Below, in pieces: positions 49,471-63,751 of a stretch of 64,000 nt of DNA. Position 1 is the first letter of the stretch; each line of letters starts with the position of its first letter. Under the pieces are notes generated by a model. That model searched no databases. It was not told where the DNA came from and saw only the letters and a list, made by a program, of their open reading frames with translations. Source of the stretch: the human T2T-CHM13v2.0 reference genome, Homo sapiens; assembly GCF_009914755.1 (NCBI RefSeq), contig NC_060933.1. One strand, written 5' to 3'. The translations under genes were made by a program, and so were the position numbers.

Positions 49471-52400
49471 TGAAAACAATCTGTTATTAGTGTAGAATCA
49501 ATACTTATGAGATAAGGGACTTAAGAGGCAAGTCCCTTGTTCAGGGCTAAAGACCCAGTGACAGTAATAGGGTCTAGCCTGGAGCCCAGATCTTTTAATG
49601 TCTTGTCTTTGACATCTGACTTATCTGTCTATTTTATCTGCAGCTATGAGTTTCTAGAATCTGAACAGCCCTTAAAATACTTTGCTGCTTAATTATGTAG
49701 CAAAGTAGGTTCTTCTTTAGGAAAGAGAGTGACTCAGTAGAAAGCCATTGGAAGGGGGAGAAATACAGCTAGCATTTGATCAACCCTTTCACCAGAAGTT
49801 TTTATACTTGAGATTATAAACATTCTTTCTGTATTTATGGATGCAAACTACAGTCCTGGGGAGGCCCCAGTCTGTTTTTGTATGCTTCTGAGCTAAGAAT
49901 GGTTTTATAGTTTTAAAGTGTTGTTAAAAAACAACAATAACAAACAAGGAAGAATATGCAACAGAGAGGGTGTGTAGCCTATGGAGCCTAAAATATTTAC
50001 GGTCTGGCCCTTTTACAGAAAAAGTTTGCTGACCCATGATCTAGAGTACCCAAAGATTTGCATGTTCTTTTTTTTTTTTTTCTAGTCAGCAAGAGGCCCA
50101 GCCTTATAGCTTTGAAATATAGTGAGGTCAAGACGTAGGGGAGGCAGCCTGCGTTGGTGGGAACTGCCCAGACATCTTAGCTGTGTGACCCTGAGCACAT
50201 TACTTCACCTCTCTGAGCTTGTGTCCTAGCTTCACAAAATGAGGACAAAGATTGCTGCCTGGTAGAGTTATTGCAATGATGAGACATGCCTGTAGAGTTT
50301 AACGCTTGGAAGGTGCACAGAAAATGATAACTATTGTTATTAGGGGTGGCCATTTGAACGCTTATGGCATTAATGGACAGATATCATGTTACTCCCATCA
50401 GGTCTGAAGGCCCTCTCAATGAACTGGGAGCAGTCTTTTAGGAGAGAAAAATACTCTGCTCCAGTCTCCCCCCATCCCACCTCCAGAGCAGAAAGCTCCT
50501 TTTTAGCCAGCTAGACAGACAGGGTTCCATGGTGGCTTGCAGACTTTCATCGGGCGAGCTCTCTCCCCAAAGACTGGCCTTTCCACAGCTGAGACTATTA
50601 GAAGGCGTCTTCTGTTCCTATGTCCTAGGATGTGATTCAGCAAACAGGCACGTAGTGAGAGCCCCAGGCTGGGATTGTGAGTGCTGGAATGAAACCCTTC
50701 TCTTTATGGCTCCATCTGGAGTGTGTGGGTGGTGGACTAGAATCAGTGGTTTTGCTGACCTTGTTTTTAAGCTGCTGCAGCCTTAAGGTCCAAAATGGAA
50801 AACAGACCAACTTGGAGTTAGCTGGGGCTAATTCTAAACCTGGCTGAGTTTGAAAACTCAGCTCCTGGGGTGTGTCTGAATCTCAGGGAGAGTGTAATGC
50901 TTTTCTTGCCCATAGATGGCAGCATCTGCACTCTTTGCCGGCTCTGTGAATGTGTGTGTGCACGTGCACGTATGTGTTACACACGTGTGCACGCATGGGA
51001 GTCATAGTTTCTTACTTTGGTAAATCTTGAGCTGCGGTGGTCCCAGCCCTAGGCCAGGCTCTGGGATACATGGGAGCAATTGGGGAGGCTGACTTGCAAA
51101 TAGACTATTACAGTAGAGTGTGACCGGGCAGATTAGGGGGTGTGGAGGTCTGTACGGAGACTACACGGAGGACTCAGGAACAGAGTGCCATTGCATCTGG
51201 CTGGAGCCTGGTGGGGTATAGTGGAAGACAGGAAGCCATGAGGGCCAAGGCTCAAGGAGTTGAAGGGGACAGGTCATGAAGAATGTGGAGAGATTTGTTA
51301 AGGATCTTGGACTTTATCTGGGGCCATAGTGGAGCCATGGTAGGTCTGGGCAGAGGAGTGGCATGGTCTGGGCTTGCTCTAAGGAGGATGCATTGTAGGA
51401 GGGAGAGGTTGCAGGAGGATCAGTTAGGAAGGTTCTGCAGTCATGCAGGCAAGAGGTGATGGGGCTATGGACCCAGATGTTGGCATTGGGGTGGGGAGAA
51501 GGGGGGACACTCTGGATGCAGTCAGGGGTTGAACTAGCAAGACATGGTGATACATTGGAGGGGAGAGTGACAGAGCAAAAGGGGTGAGTGGTGTGTTGAG
51601 GAGGGTGAGGGCCTGGTGTCTGGACTGGTCCACCGGGTGGATGGTGGATGGTGGATGGTAGTGCTGTTTGCCGAGATGAGGTGCAGTAGGGGAGGAGCAC
51701 ATTGTACTTGGGAACAAATGCAGCACCACCATGTGCATCTGAGGATGAGAGTGCAATTTGGGGTGTGTAGAAAGAAGGGGGGCTGGATTCGAAAGGCTCA
51801 TCCTCACACAGAGTTGACAGAGTGCGGGAGGTCATTAGTCATTTGCAGAAACAACAGAACCCAACTCTGCTTTGGTCTGTCCCTTGGAACCAGGAAGTTT
51901 CTGCCATAGTCTTTGAGAAAGACCCACAGAAGTGGGCACCAGGTCCTGCAGCCCAGATAAGCGTCTGGCCTCTGACCTCTCTGGTTTTGGGTACCGTGAC
52001 TCCACTTCCGTGGCTGTGTCCCGTGTCAGTCACAATGCACAAGTCATCAGGACTGTCTGAACCATTTACTGTCAGCCTGAGAACAGGGCTTGTTTGTGTC
52101 TTAATCCCAGGAGCCTGCACGGCCCTGCCATCTTCGGGATCTTGGACTCTCCCCTCGGCTTAGGGAAGCTGGTTTAGGCAGAGAAATTTTCCAGTGTGGG
52201 CAGGAGCCAGTTTGCTCAGCTTCCCTCTGAATGTAGATGACTGGAATTCTTAGTGGCGAAGAACGGTGAAGATCCAAGTTGTCCCTGAGAGGCGGGAGGA
52301 CTGAGCTGCATACTCCACGATGAGCTGATGTGGGATGGTCCTTCATCCACTCATCTAGCATATGTCCACTGGCACTGCCATTTGCAGGGCACATGCCATG

Positions 52401-53485
52401 CTGAAGCTTTAGAGGTGAAGCAGACAGAATCCTTGCCTCCAAGGAGCTTACAGCCTAGAGGGAGAGAAAGTCCTATCACCAGACACTGATAATGCAGTCT
52501 TGCTCAGCAGTAGTGCATTAGAACAATAATAGACTGATGCTGAGGTACAGAGCTGCGAATATGACATATCAACAGGGTGGGTCCCCAAATCGCACATGTG
52601 CAGGATGAGAAAGATACAATTTGCAGGCAAAAGACTTAGAAATTTAATTATTAATAATCAGGGTAATAATTAGAGTAAACATATGCCTTGTGCAAAACCC
52701 TGAACATGTTTTATCTCATGGTAGGTTCTAATATTATCCCTCTTTGAACAGCAAAGGCAACTGAGACTCCGAGAAGTGATGTAGCTTGCTCAAGTTACAC
52801 AGTTAAGTGAGGGCCCAGTTTATATAACTTCAGAGTACTAACGTACAGCTCTGAAGTTGACTGTAAACTGAATTCAGCCATGCAATAGGGCTGCCTTAAA
52901 TGCAAATGGGATTTTAGGCTCAATTAATAGAAGCATGATATCTCTAATGAAGGAGGTGAGAGTCCTGCTTGCCCTGTCCTGGATAGAGCTTGACTGATTG
53001 TCTAATTCTGGGTCTTGTGCTGTCAGTAGGGACAGGTTTCATCTGGAGCAGATCAGGGAACAGGGTGAGCGAACCGGAAACCCTGGTCTCAGGAAGAGCT
53101 GGAGGAAAGGGGGTGCACAATTTGTAGAAGACTTGAGGGGCCCAGGATCACTGTCTTCAAATCTCCAAAGAGCCATCAGGAAAGAGGGGGACAGACCTGT
53201 TCTGACTGACCCAAAAGGAGGCAGAGCTAATACCAGCAGGTACAAGGCATAAGAAGAGAGAGATTTTAGTGCATCCTTAGGACAATTCTTTTACGCAGCC
53301 AAACCCTCCAGCAGCAGGTCTTGCAGCCTTGGCAGGTAGTGAGTGCGGTGTTGCTGGATGTGTGCAAGTACTGATTGTGTGACCCCTGGTGGAGGGGAGG
53401 AAAGGGGTTGAAACATCAAATGGGGATTTGACCAGATGACCTTGAACTCCCCCTGAGGCTGACATTCTGTGCCCTTTGTTTACAG

Positions 53486-53578
53486 GTAGTGCTCATAGCT
53501 CTCTTTGTCCAGTGCTTCGGCCTTGGTCCCAGCGCCTTCCCACGGAGCAGCACTCTTCACCCTGCACAGCCTTGTTAG
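53486..53578 (+). other. GSN: GSN non-coding exon 2 (93 nt, 5' UTR)
   Basis: Acceptor ccctttgtttacag|GTAGTGCTCATAG, donor TGTTAG|gtaggt; continues the recalled GSN 5' UTR that splices onto CCCAACAGCATG (PNSM). Confidence 0.88.
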
Positions 53579-54066
53579 GTAGGTAGAGCAATACAGACAC
53601 CTGTCGTCCTCTTAAACCCCGCCCTGGCTGCCCAGGGAAGCCTGGAGGGGACTTCAGTGGTGGAAGCAGCCGCTGTAGCCACAGTGGATTCAGTGGGAGT
53701 CCCTGAGGTCTTCCTAATAAGGCTCAGAGTGCGTCTCTGCTCCTTTCCTGTCCTTGAGAGGGAGGTCAGGCGAGAGTGATCTTGTAGGGAGGAGGCCGGG
53801 ACTGGGCTCGGTGCCCGGATGCCTGGCTCCCACCCTGGCTGTGCTGGTTGCTTGCTATGTGACTTTAGGAGAGTTGCTTTCCCTCTCAAGGCCTTGGTTG
53901 CTATTCTGTAGAAGAGCAGAGTCCCCATAAAGAGGAGGTGCAGGAATTCTTCCCAGAGGCTTTGGAGAGGTGAGAAAAATGGGGGTCCATTTGCCAAGTC
54001 TCTGGACTTGTTGACCAGAGGAGGAGCACCTGAGGTGTGTGAGTCATGGGGAAGCGGATGAGTCAT
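53575..54066 (-). ncRNA. GSN-AS1: GSN antisense RNA 1 region with its putative 163-aa ORF (MTHPLPHDSH...CIALPT); transcript boundaries not determinable
   Basis: First ATG of ORF-track 53575..54195 is at 54066 and gives 163 aa; matches my recollection of the putative GSN-AS1 (C9orf31/MOST-2) product; no recognisable domain. Confidence 0.65.
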
Positions 54067-54467
54067 GCCCGCTGGGGCCAGCTGGCAGGGTGGGGCCCAC
54101 CTGACTATCAGATTCACAGGTGACCTGCTGAAGTAGGTGGGGAGGTGGGGGGAGGAGTGCAGAGTCCTGGGCTGGAAGCCAGGAGACTGGCTCACCTCCC
54201 AGCTTCAGCCTCGGTTTCTCCACCTGTAGGATGGGTGCCTTGGTCTCCCCCTACCCACCTAACAAAGCTGCTGTGTGGACCCAACGAGCTTGTAGATGCC
54301 AAAGGGCTTTGTGACCAGTGAGACAGGAAGGATCACTACTAGGGGGAATCGCCCAGCTTCCAACACCCAAACAGAAGTGAATTTCTAATGAGCAATTGTG
54401 CAAGAACCCAGGAAAACACCCCTCCAACCCACGCCATCCCTTTTCTGCCAAAAGGAGAAGGGGATGA

Positions 54468-54566
54468 ATGAATACAGGACTTACGCGTCTGCTGTGGCCC
54501 AGCTGGCTTCCAGATGGTGACATGAGCCACCCACAGCCGGAGCTGTTCCTCTTTCCCAAAGCTCAG
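54468..54566 (+). CDS. GSN: GSN alternative N-terminal coding exon MNTGLTRLLWPSWLPDGDMSHPQPELFLFPKAQ (exon starts 54455)
   Basis: Acceptor ccttttctgccaaaag| before 54455; 33 codons ending at a phase-0 donor CAG|gtgaaa, compatible with the phase-0 PNSMVV exon; peptide recalled from a GSN isoform. Confidence 0.72.
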
Positions 54567-54906
54567 GTGAAAGGGCTTTTTGGTGGTCCCCAGGATGTTG
54601 TGCCCCAAAAGCCAGGGATTCCCAAAAGGTCTGCCGGGCCCAGAAAGCTGACTCACCCCATCAGCGGCTATCCAAAGGTTCTGCTGACAAAGAGGTAGCC
54701 CTAGTGCTGCCCTAATAGGAGGACTTGAGGGCCGGGTCTTGGCTCTGATGCATCTGCCTTTGAGACTGAGCCCTGATAACTCCAAAAGCCAAGTTGCCTC
54801 AATGTAATCTGTCAACAAAAAGAATGTTATGCTCTGTTGATGCTTTTGGTGACTATGACACAGGGGCCCTGTCTTCCGCAGACCCTGCAGGGCCAGGCTG
54901 GCATAG

Positions 54907-55614
<708 letters not shown>

Positions 55615-55687
55615 AGGGCCCTGCTTTTCCTGCCTCAGTGTTCCCTAGGATTCTGCCCACCTTCTTGTCTTGATTTATGTATATAGG

Positions 55688-55733
55688 TTCATTCATTCAT
55701 TCATTCATTCATTCATTCATATATTCATTCATT
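55688..55733. repeat. (TTCA)n, L2 tail
   Basis: ttcattcattca run. Confidence 0.8.
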
Positions 55734-57929
55734 TGAGAGATATTTAGGCTCTGAGCTGGGTGTTGAAGAATCAGCAAAAAACAAGACTTTCCCATTCCTC
55801 ATAGGTCTTCAGTAGATCATTATTTACACTGAAGATTAATTCTTGCTGTGAAGGAAACGATCAGGTTATGGGAGCGTTTGGGATTGGGTGGGAGTGGTGA
55901 GGTCTTATCTGGACAGATCAGGGAAGCCTCCCCTAAAAAGTGAGACCTGAAGAGGGAGAGGGAGGTGGCTGAGTGAGCAGGGAATGGAGGAGCCCCCTAG
56001 GCAGAGAGGCGACCTGGGTAAGGCTTTAGTGAGGGGGAGTCCTTGAGGAACTGAAAGAAGTGAGGGAGGCTGGCCAGGGAGGGGGGCGTGGCAAGAGGAG
56101 GGCCTGGGGGCCAGGCAGCACCTAGGTTATGTGGGCCCTTGAGTTTGGATTTTATGCTAGACCTCTGGGAACCATTGGAAGTTTTAAAGCAGGAGGGTGA
56201 CTTGCCCAGATTTCATTATCAGAACCCTTGAAAGGGACAGACACAAGGACCATCCTGATAAGCCATGAGGGTGCAATTTTTGGTTCTTCCACATCAGGGT
56301 ATCCTGATGCTGTGCCTTGGTACGGGGCTTGTCATTGGGCAGTCCTGGGAAATGTGCACTTTCCCAGGATTCTCTCAGCTCTTTGCATTTTTTAGTTTAC
56401 CCGGCCAGTCCTTGCTAAGCTGCTTCAGTGGAGAGGGAGGTGAAGCAGACACCACCGGGCCCTCTGAGATCCACTCTAATCCAAGACGGAGACAGTGGAA
56501 GTTAACGCCCAGAGTGCTCTGTGATAAGTGCCAAGGGGCTCAGGGAGACAAAGAGTGCTTTTCCTACTTGAGAGTCAAAGAAGGCTGAGAAGGGGGAGTT
56601 GGGCATTCCAGGCAAGAAGGCACCGTAGGCACAGGCTTGGCCGCTGGAAGAGCCCACTGCGCCTGGGGGCTAGTGAGCAGGAGTGTGAGGGTTGAGGTGG
56701 GGAGCTGGTTAGAGAGGTTTTGAATGCTGGGTTTCTATCCTCTGGGTACCAGGGAGCCATGGACAGGTCCTCAGCTGAGGAGTGACTTGATCCATGGGAT
56801 TTCAGAACAATTAGTCCATGGCAGGCAGAGCGGAGGGTGGATCAGAGGACAGCAGCACTGGGAGCTGGTTGGAGAGAATGAGTACCATTGCTGAAGCCTT
56901 GTCACTCCCCCCACCGCACACACACAGCAACATCCTCAACGCCCCTTTCTGTTCCATACCTCTGTTCGGCTATCCCCGCATTGGCCGGCCAGCCTGAGCT
57001 GTCCAGAGCCCTTTCACAGCAGCACTGGGGTGTGTTAAACCCTGGGCTCCAGAGGCAAACAGGTCTGGGCCTGAAACATCACCGTAGCCCTGACTTGCTC
57101 TGTGCCCTTGGACAAGTCCCTTACTCTTCTCAGCCTCAGTTTCCACATCTGTGAAATGGGGGTGATAATGGAGTTGGTGATGATTAAACAATGGGGAAAT
57201 CAAGTCCTTAGCACATGTCTGGTGTATAACGATGGCTGTGTTAGCTTTGTGTCCTTGTTGATTGTAATGGCCCAGTCCATGTTGTAATCTGCCCCTCAGG
57301 GAGTTCTTGTCTTTGGACATAAATCTGAATTCTCAACTAGAAACAAGATGTCCCCAGCAGCCCCAAAGGAAGCCTCTAGTGGGACACTGAGGGGATTGGA
57401 CATGCTGTTACCCACTGGGACCCGGCACAGGGCTGGGCACACAGAAGCCTGGACTGGGTTTTATTTGTTCCTTTATCCCCAGCACTCAGCACAAGGCTGG
57501 TACAGCATGGCCAGGTGGCTGGGTTCTCAAAAATACTAAACAAAAAAATGAAATTAAAAAAAAATTATTAATCTTGGACATCATCCCCCAGCACCTTTAT
57601 TTTACAGCTGAGGAATCTGGGGCCCAGAGAGGAACAGTGGCTCATCCAAGGCCACTCAGCTCCTCAGTGGCAGGCCCTGAACCTGTTCATTTCTCCCTGC
57701 TCACATGTTTATTACAATTCTAATTTTTGAAATCCTGGTAAGTTAAAAATGGCATCATGTCCCACCTCCCTAATTTACCTTTGGGGAAACTGGGGCCCAG
57801 AGAATGGTAGTGACTCCTTCAGGTCCTCAGAGAGGGAGAAGCAGGAAAAGGGCCTCCTCTCCACAAAGCATACCCCCACTAATCAGCAGTAGGCAGGCAG
57901 GTTCTTCCCCCCAAAATTGACGGCCTTGT

Positions 57930-58150
57930 GCTTAAGGAAGCAAAGTGGAGTGTGAACAATAGTTTCCTGAGGAAGTGTTGGGTTTTAATTGTGTTGAGGA
58001 GAAGAACCATTTCCGGAACTGTGTGTGCCTATGATGCCTGCGGAGTTGGCTTGGCACAGCTATTTCCAGACTAATCCTGAGTCCTATTTATAGGCTGAGA
58101 TGATTAGGTTGGCCTGTGTCAGGAGAGGCCCACATAGCTCCCCCCAGCCT
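57930..58150 (+). promoter_or_regulatory. Internal GSN promoter upstream of the MAEEE exon (ETS motifs, MEF2/TATA-like box)
   Basis: GAGGAAGTG at ~57969, TTCCGGAACT at ~58011, CTATTTATAG at 58084-58093, ~60 nt before the ATG. Confidence 0.5.
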
Positions 58151-58154
58151 CGCG

Positions 58155-58196
58155 ATGGCCGAGGAAGAAGCCCTCAGGGGCAATTCTGACCCATGG
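58155..58196 (+). CDS. GSN: GSN alternative first coding exon MAEEEALRGNSDPW
   Basis: Strong Kozak context gcgATGG; 14 codons; phase-0 consensus donor TGG|gtgagt; peptide recalled from a GSN isoform. Confidence 0.78.
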
Positions 58197-58757
58197 GTGA
58201 GTAGCACGGGATCTGGGGTGGTCCCCGAAGCCAGCTCAGAGGAGGGACGCCAGGGAGACCCGAGGGAAAGTCCCGCTCCTGACTCCTAGTTCAACACCAG
58301 CCAGGCCCCCTGCAGAGATGAAACCAGTTCCAATTCTATTCTCTCCCTGCTTAAAAATCCTCAGTGTGTCCGGTCAGGCCAGGACTCCGTAGCAGTCAGA
58401 CCCCTTCTCCCCGAGGTATCCACTGTCTCAACCCCAGCCATGCTTCTCCAAACTGTTTACGCTTCCTTGTGCAGGCCACACCCCCAAGCCTTTGCGTCTG
58501 TTGTTCCCACCTTCCCAAAAGGGAAACTCCATTTATCCTCCAAGGCTCTGCCCCAATGCCCCTCCTCCGTGGCTCTGTTGGGCCATGGGTGCTCCCTCCT
58601 TTGTGCTCCCAGGGCCCACAACTGCTTGAATGACTATTGGTGTTCCTGTTTGTGTGCCCTCTGGGCCGGGAAGTCAGAGAAAGAAAGGAGACAATTTGTG
58701 ATTGAACAGCCACTGTGGCCATCATTCTCCTTACCTGTCTGATGAGAGCTGATCTTC

Positions 58758-58772
58758 ATGCCACTGTGTACA
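58758..58772 (+). CDS. GSN: GSN alternative first coding exon MPLCT
   Basis: ATG CCA CTG TGT ACA|gtaggt with a phase-0 donor; MPLCT-PNSMVV recalled as a gelsolin isoform N-terminus. Confidence 0.75.
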
Positions 58773-59694
58773 GTAGGTATTTTTTAAAGGTGTGTAGAAG
58801 TGAGAGTCAGACTTCGGACTTCAGAGTCAGACAGCCCTGAATTCCTAATGGTGTAACCTTGGGCTGAACCTCTCTGAGCTTTTGTTCCTCCGTCTATAAA
58901 AGGAGACAATGCCAGCCATGGGTTTTGGGGAGGATTCAACAAGACAATGCTTATAAAGTACTTATCATCACAATGGGCTTCTATGAGCATAGGAGGTGTT
59001 ATTTGCAGATGGGGACGTTCATTCCGGGGACGTCCCTATCTAGGGCCCCACACAAGGGAGTGGCTGAGACTCCAAGTCTTGGAGCCTCCGACTCCACCCT
59101 GTGTTCTCCCTCCCCTCCCTCTCTTGGCCCCCTGGGCCTATTCTCTTCCCCAGATCAGGGAAAGCTTTGTTTGGCGATTGTTTTTCCTAAGAAGTTTCCT
59201 CTGTGGGGCCTCTGGGTGACTCAGCCCTGAGTCACCGGGAGGCTGAGGACAGGGGGAGGAGTGGGAGGGAGGCGGAGGGAATGGAGAGACGAGAAGAGGA
59301 AAGGGCTCTAATTCTAGCCCTGGCTCTCCCACTGTTTGATCAACTAGGTCTGACCAGGCCCCTCTCCTGCCTAGCCTCAGTTTCCCCAAATGTGAAAGGA
59401 AGATGTGGGCCCAGTCCTGGCTGAGCCTCAGAATCAGAGGTTCCCAGGCCCCACCCTAGACCTACAGACTCAGAGGCTAGGGGTGGGGCCTGGGAATCTA
59501 TTGTTTCCTGAGCTCCTTGGGTGATCCTGCTGCACACCTGGTCCACAGAGGTGTTAGGGAACTGCTCGGCTCAAACTGGCTCCCAGCTGGGCCTCAGAGC
59601 AGCTCGGCCTCTGATTGAACTTCACTGACCCACAGGGAGCGCCCTTCTCTTGCAGAATGCTTTGGCAGAATAGTACACAGGAAGCGTGTGGGCT

Positions 59695-60332
<638 letters not shown>

Positions 60333-62671
60333 TGAGAGGGAATAATCCTACCCTCCTTGTAGGGGGTTGTTTGAATTTCACTAATGTGCACAGTGTCTGA
60401 CGCACCCGAGGAGCTGGGCACGTGGGAGGCTGGTACGCAGGGCACAGGACATAACACAGATGCCCAGGTACGGTTGGCACAGGCCTAGCAAACATTTTAA
60501 AGCACTCACTCTGTGCCAGCTTCTTAGATTAAGCATCTTACATGCATTACCTACTTTAATCCTCGGTGAATGTGAGTATCAGTTTCATTTTATAACTGAA
60601 GAAACGGGCACTGAGACGGGAAGTCACTTTTACAGGCTCACATAGATGATAGTTGATAGGGCTGGGAGTCCATCTGAGAGCCTGTCCTCCCTAAACATCA
60701 TCCTGTCCCCTTCCTGATGTGAATCACCAAGCAAGGGACAACACAATTCATAGATCCAGGACAAGGTTTATGGCACATACTTCTAAGGGGTGGGACCTGG
60801 TATCATGGACACGGCATTCAAGAGATAGTACATGGTATAGAGTCTGTCACAAAACAGACATCACATGGTGCATGAAGCATGACCCAGGGGTAAGAGGCAT
60901 GGGATGCCGCTAAAGGGAGACACACAGGACAAAGCAAGAGGAACGCAGGGCCTGCTACGTGGCACAGTCACAGGGTATGTGACACTGGGCATGACAAACT
61001 CTATGATGCAGAGACATGGTACTTAGGATTTGAGACTTGAGCTATGGCAACTGGGCAGGCTCTTGGCCACAGTGGGACCCTTTGTCATCAGGGATCCTCC
61101 ATTATGTTGGTGCCTGGGGCCCCAGCAAGCAACGGCAGGAACCAAGTTCCTCCTCCTCACAAAGGCAGTCTGTTTTTTTTTTCTTTTTTTTCTTTTTTTC
61201 TCCCTCCTCCTCCCTGTCTCTTTGGATGCCAAAGAGTGGGAGGGGCCCAGCGGAGTGGTGGCCAGAGTAACCCCCCGCCATCCCATCAGCTCAGACAAGG
61301 GTCAAAGCTTGGGGCCAAGCCCACGGCTCAGGAAGGGTTTGCCAGGCCCCCAGATCCCCTCTCTCTGAGATAGCTGTGAGCACCAGTGTTGGCTGGGGTG
61401 AAAGCCGGGTAATTTTCCTCTAAGCTGTCCTCCCTCCGCTCCCCTCCCTGCCTGCTGGTGCTGGCTGTGAGCACGTCTGCATTCCAGAGCTTAGGAGAGA
61501 GAGAACCTGCTGCTGTTAAGGTTGAGGAAGTAGATTGCTAACAGCTGCTGTAGGAGGGGTTGGATGTGCGGAAGAGGAGGCCGTGGATTGCAGGCTAACA
61601 TTTCTTGAGCCTCTTGGCACCTGGCACTCACTACCTCATCTTGTCTCATTTGCATAAAGCCCCAGTAGCCCGGTGAGGAGACAGGCCCAGAGAGGCAAAG
61701 AACTTGCCTAAGGTCACACAGGGAGGCAGAGCCAAGGCTAGACCTTGGTCTCCCGGAGGCAGGCAGGTGAGGTTGTATAGAGGTGATGGCACAGGGGATG
61801 TTGTTGGGGGGTTAGTGGGCAATGAGACTGCAAGGGCTTGTGGGCCCCATATCACAGAGGACCGAACTCAGGAGTCCTGACTTCTTTCTGTCTGCACCGA
61901 GGTCTGCAGAAGGGATGATGCAATCTGTATGAGTGACAGGCCCAGTGCAGAGAGAGTTTAAGGGAGTGAGGGAGCTGATGTTATGATCCCAGGGAAAAGA
62001 TGGGGACACCAAACCAGGACAGTGGCTGGAGTGTGGGGGTGAGAAGTGGGTATAAAGTGGAGAGGAGATGAGCTTGGTCTCTGCTCTGGTCTCAGCCTTT
62101 ATGTACTGTCTTGGTGGGATGACCGTGGTTGGGTCCTGCCTCCAAGGGTATCCCAGAGGGTTCTAGAAACTCCCACATGGACAGGCACTTGAAGGATAGT
62201 GCTGGTGATTGGGCAGGTGCCTGGATGGAGGTGAGGCCTAAAGCACACCCGGGGACAGAAGGCAGCACCCACACGGGAGCCCAGCTTCGTGCCAGGGACT
62301 GTATTTTAGGTGCTGGATCTTGTTTAAATCTTCCGGCTGGCTATGATTATCCTCTAAGCTGGGGAAGGAAGAAAAGCATTCCAGTACTATACCTCTGTTT
62401 GGGTTAAAGGAGGGGAAAGTATTTTAAATAAAACCTATTAGAGTTAAAAGGATGAGTAGCAATAAAAATATCTTTGAATCTCTGATGGTTCTATTGTAGT
62501 CAAAAGTTTTAGATAAATTGTGAAGAATCTCTAATCATGCTATGTGGAGTTTTTCTCTTTTAAAAAATACAAGTTATTGTATATACTTAAGGTATATAAC
62601 GTGATGTTATGAATACATTTAGATAGTAAAAAGGTTACTATAGTGCAGCAAATGAACATATTCATCATCTC

Positions 62672-62748
62672 AGCTGGCACAAAAGTAATTGCAATTTTTG
62701 CCATTACTTTCAATGACGAAAACTGCAATACTTTTGCACTGCACTAAT
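62672..62748. mobile_element. MADE1 (Mariner MITE) inserted in an L1 fragment
   Basis: ggcacaaaagtaattgcaatttttgccattactttcaatgacgaaaactgcaatacttttgcac palindromic MITE. Confidence 0.8.
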
Positions 62749-63014
62749 AAAATCTGCTCATTTAGCATGAATCCCAAAATACAGTACAACTTATTCCCTA
62801 TAGTCCTCATGTTGCACATTAGTGCTCTTTTTTATTTTTAAATTTTTATTTTTGTTATTTTTAATATAGAGAGAGACAGGGTCTCACGACATTGTCCAGG
62901 TTGGTCTTGAACTCTGGGGCTCAAGTGATCCTCCCTCCTCAGCCTCCCAAAGTGCTGGGATTACAGGCACAAGCTCTCTACACTTGTTCATTCCACGTAT
63001 CTGCTACCTTGCAC

Positions 63015-63400
63015 CCTCCATATCCTCATTCGTGGATTCAACCAACCACAGATCAGAAATATTAAAAAAAAATAAAAATTAAAAAAAGTAAAAATAATAC
63101 AAATTTTAAAAACAGTGCAGTGTAACAACTATTTACATAGTTTATTGTTACATAGAAATTTACATTTACATTTTTATGTAACAACTACAGTATAACAACT
63201 ATGTAAATAGCATTTACATTGTATTAGGTTTTATAAGTAATCTAGAGAGATTTAAAGTTTAATACATGGGAGAATATATGTAGGTTGTATGCAAATACTG
63301 TACTATGCCATTTTATATATTGGTGTACAGCATCTGCAGATTTTGGTATCTGAGGGAGGTCCTGGAACCAACTGATCCCGCGTGGATAGGGAGGGACAAC
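63015..63400. mobile_element. MER2/Tigger-type DNA transposon
   Basis: ggattcaaccaacc..catttacattgtattagg..ataagtaatctagag..gcagattttggtatc. Confidence 0.75.
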
Positions 63401-63410
63401 TATTCTCTGA

Positions 63411-63751
<341 letters not shown>

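Noticed and set aside
51314-51835. 173-aa and 127-aa minus-strand ORFs
   Set aside because: Lie in degenerate L2-like sequence with no domain or splice support
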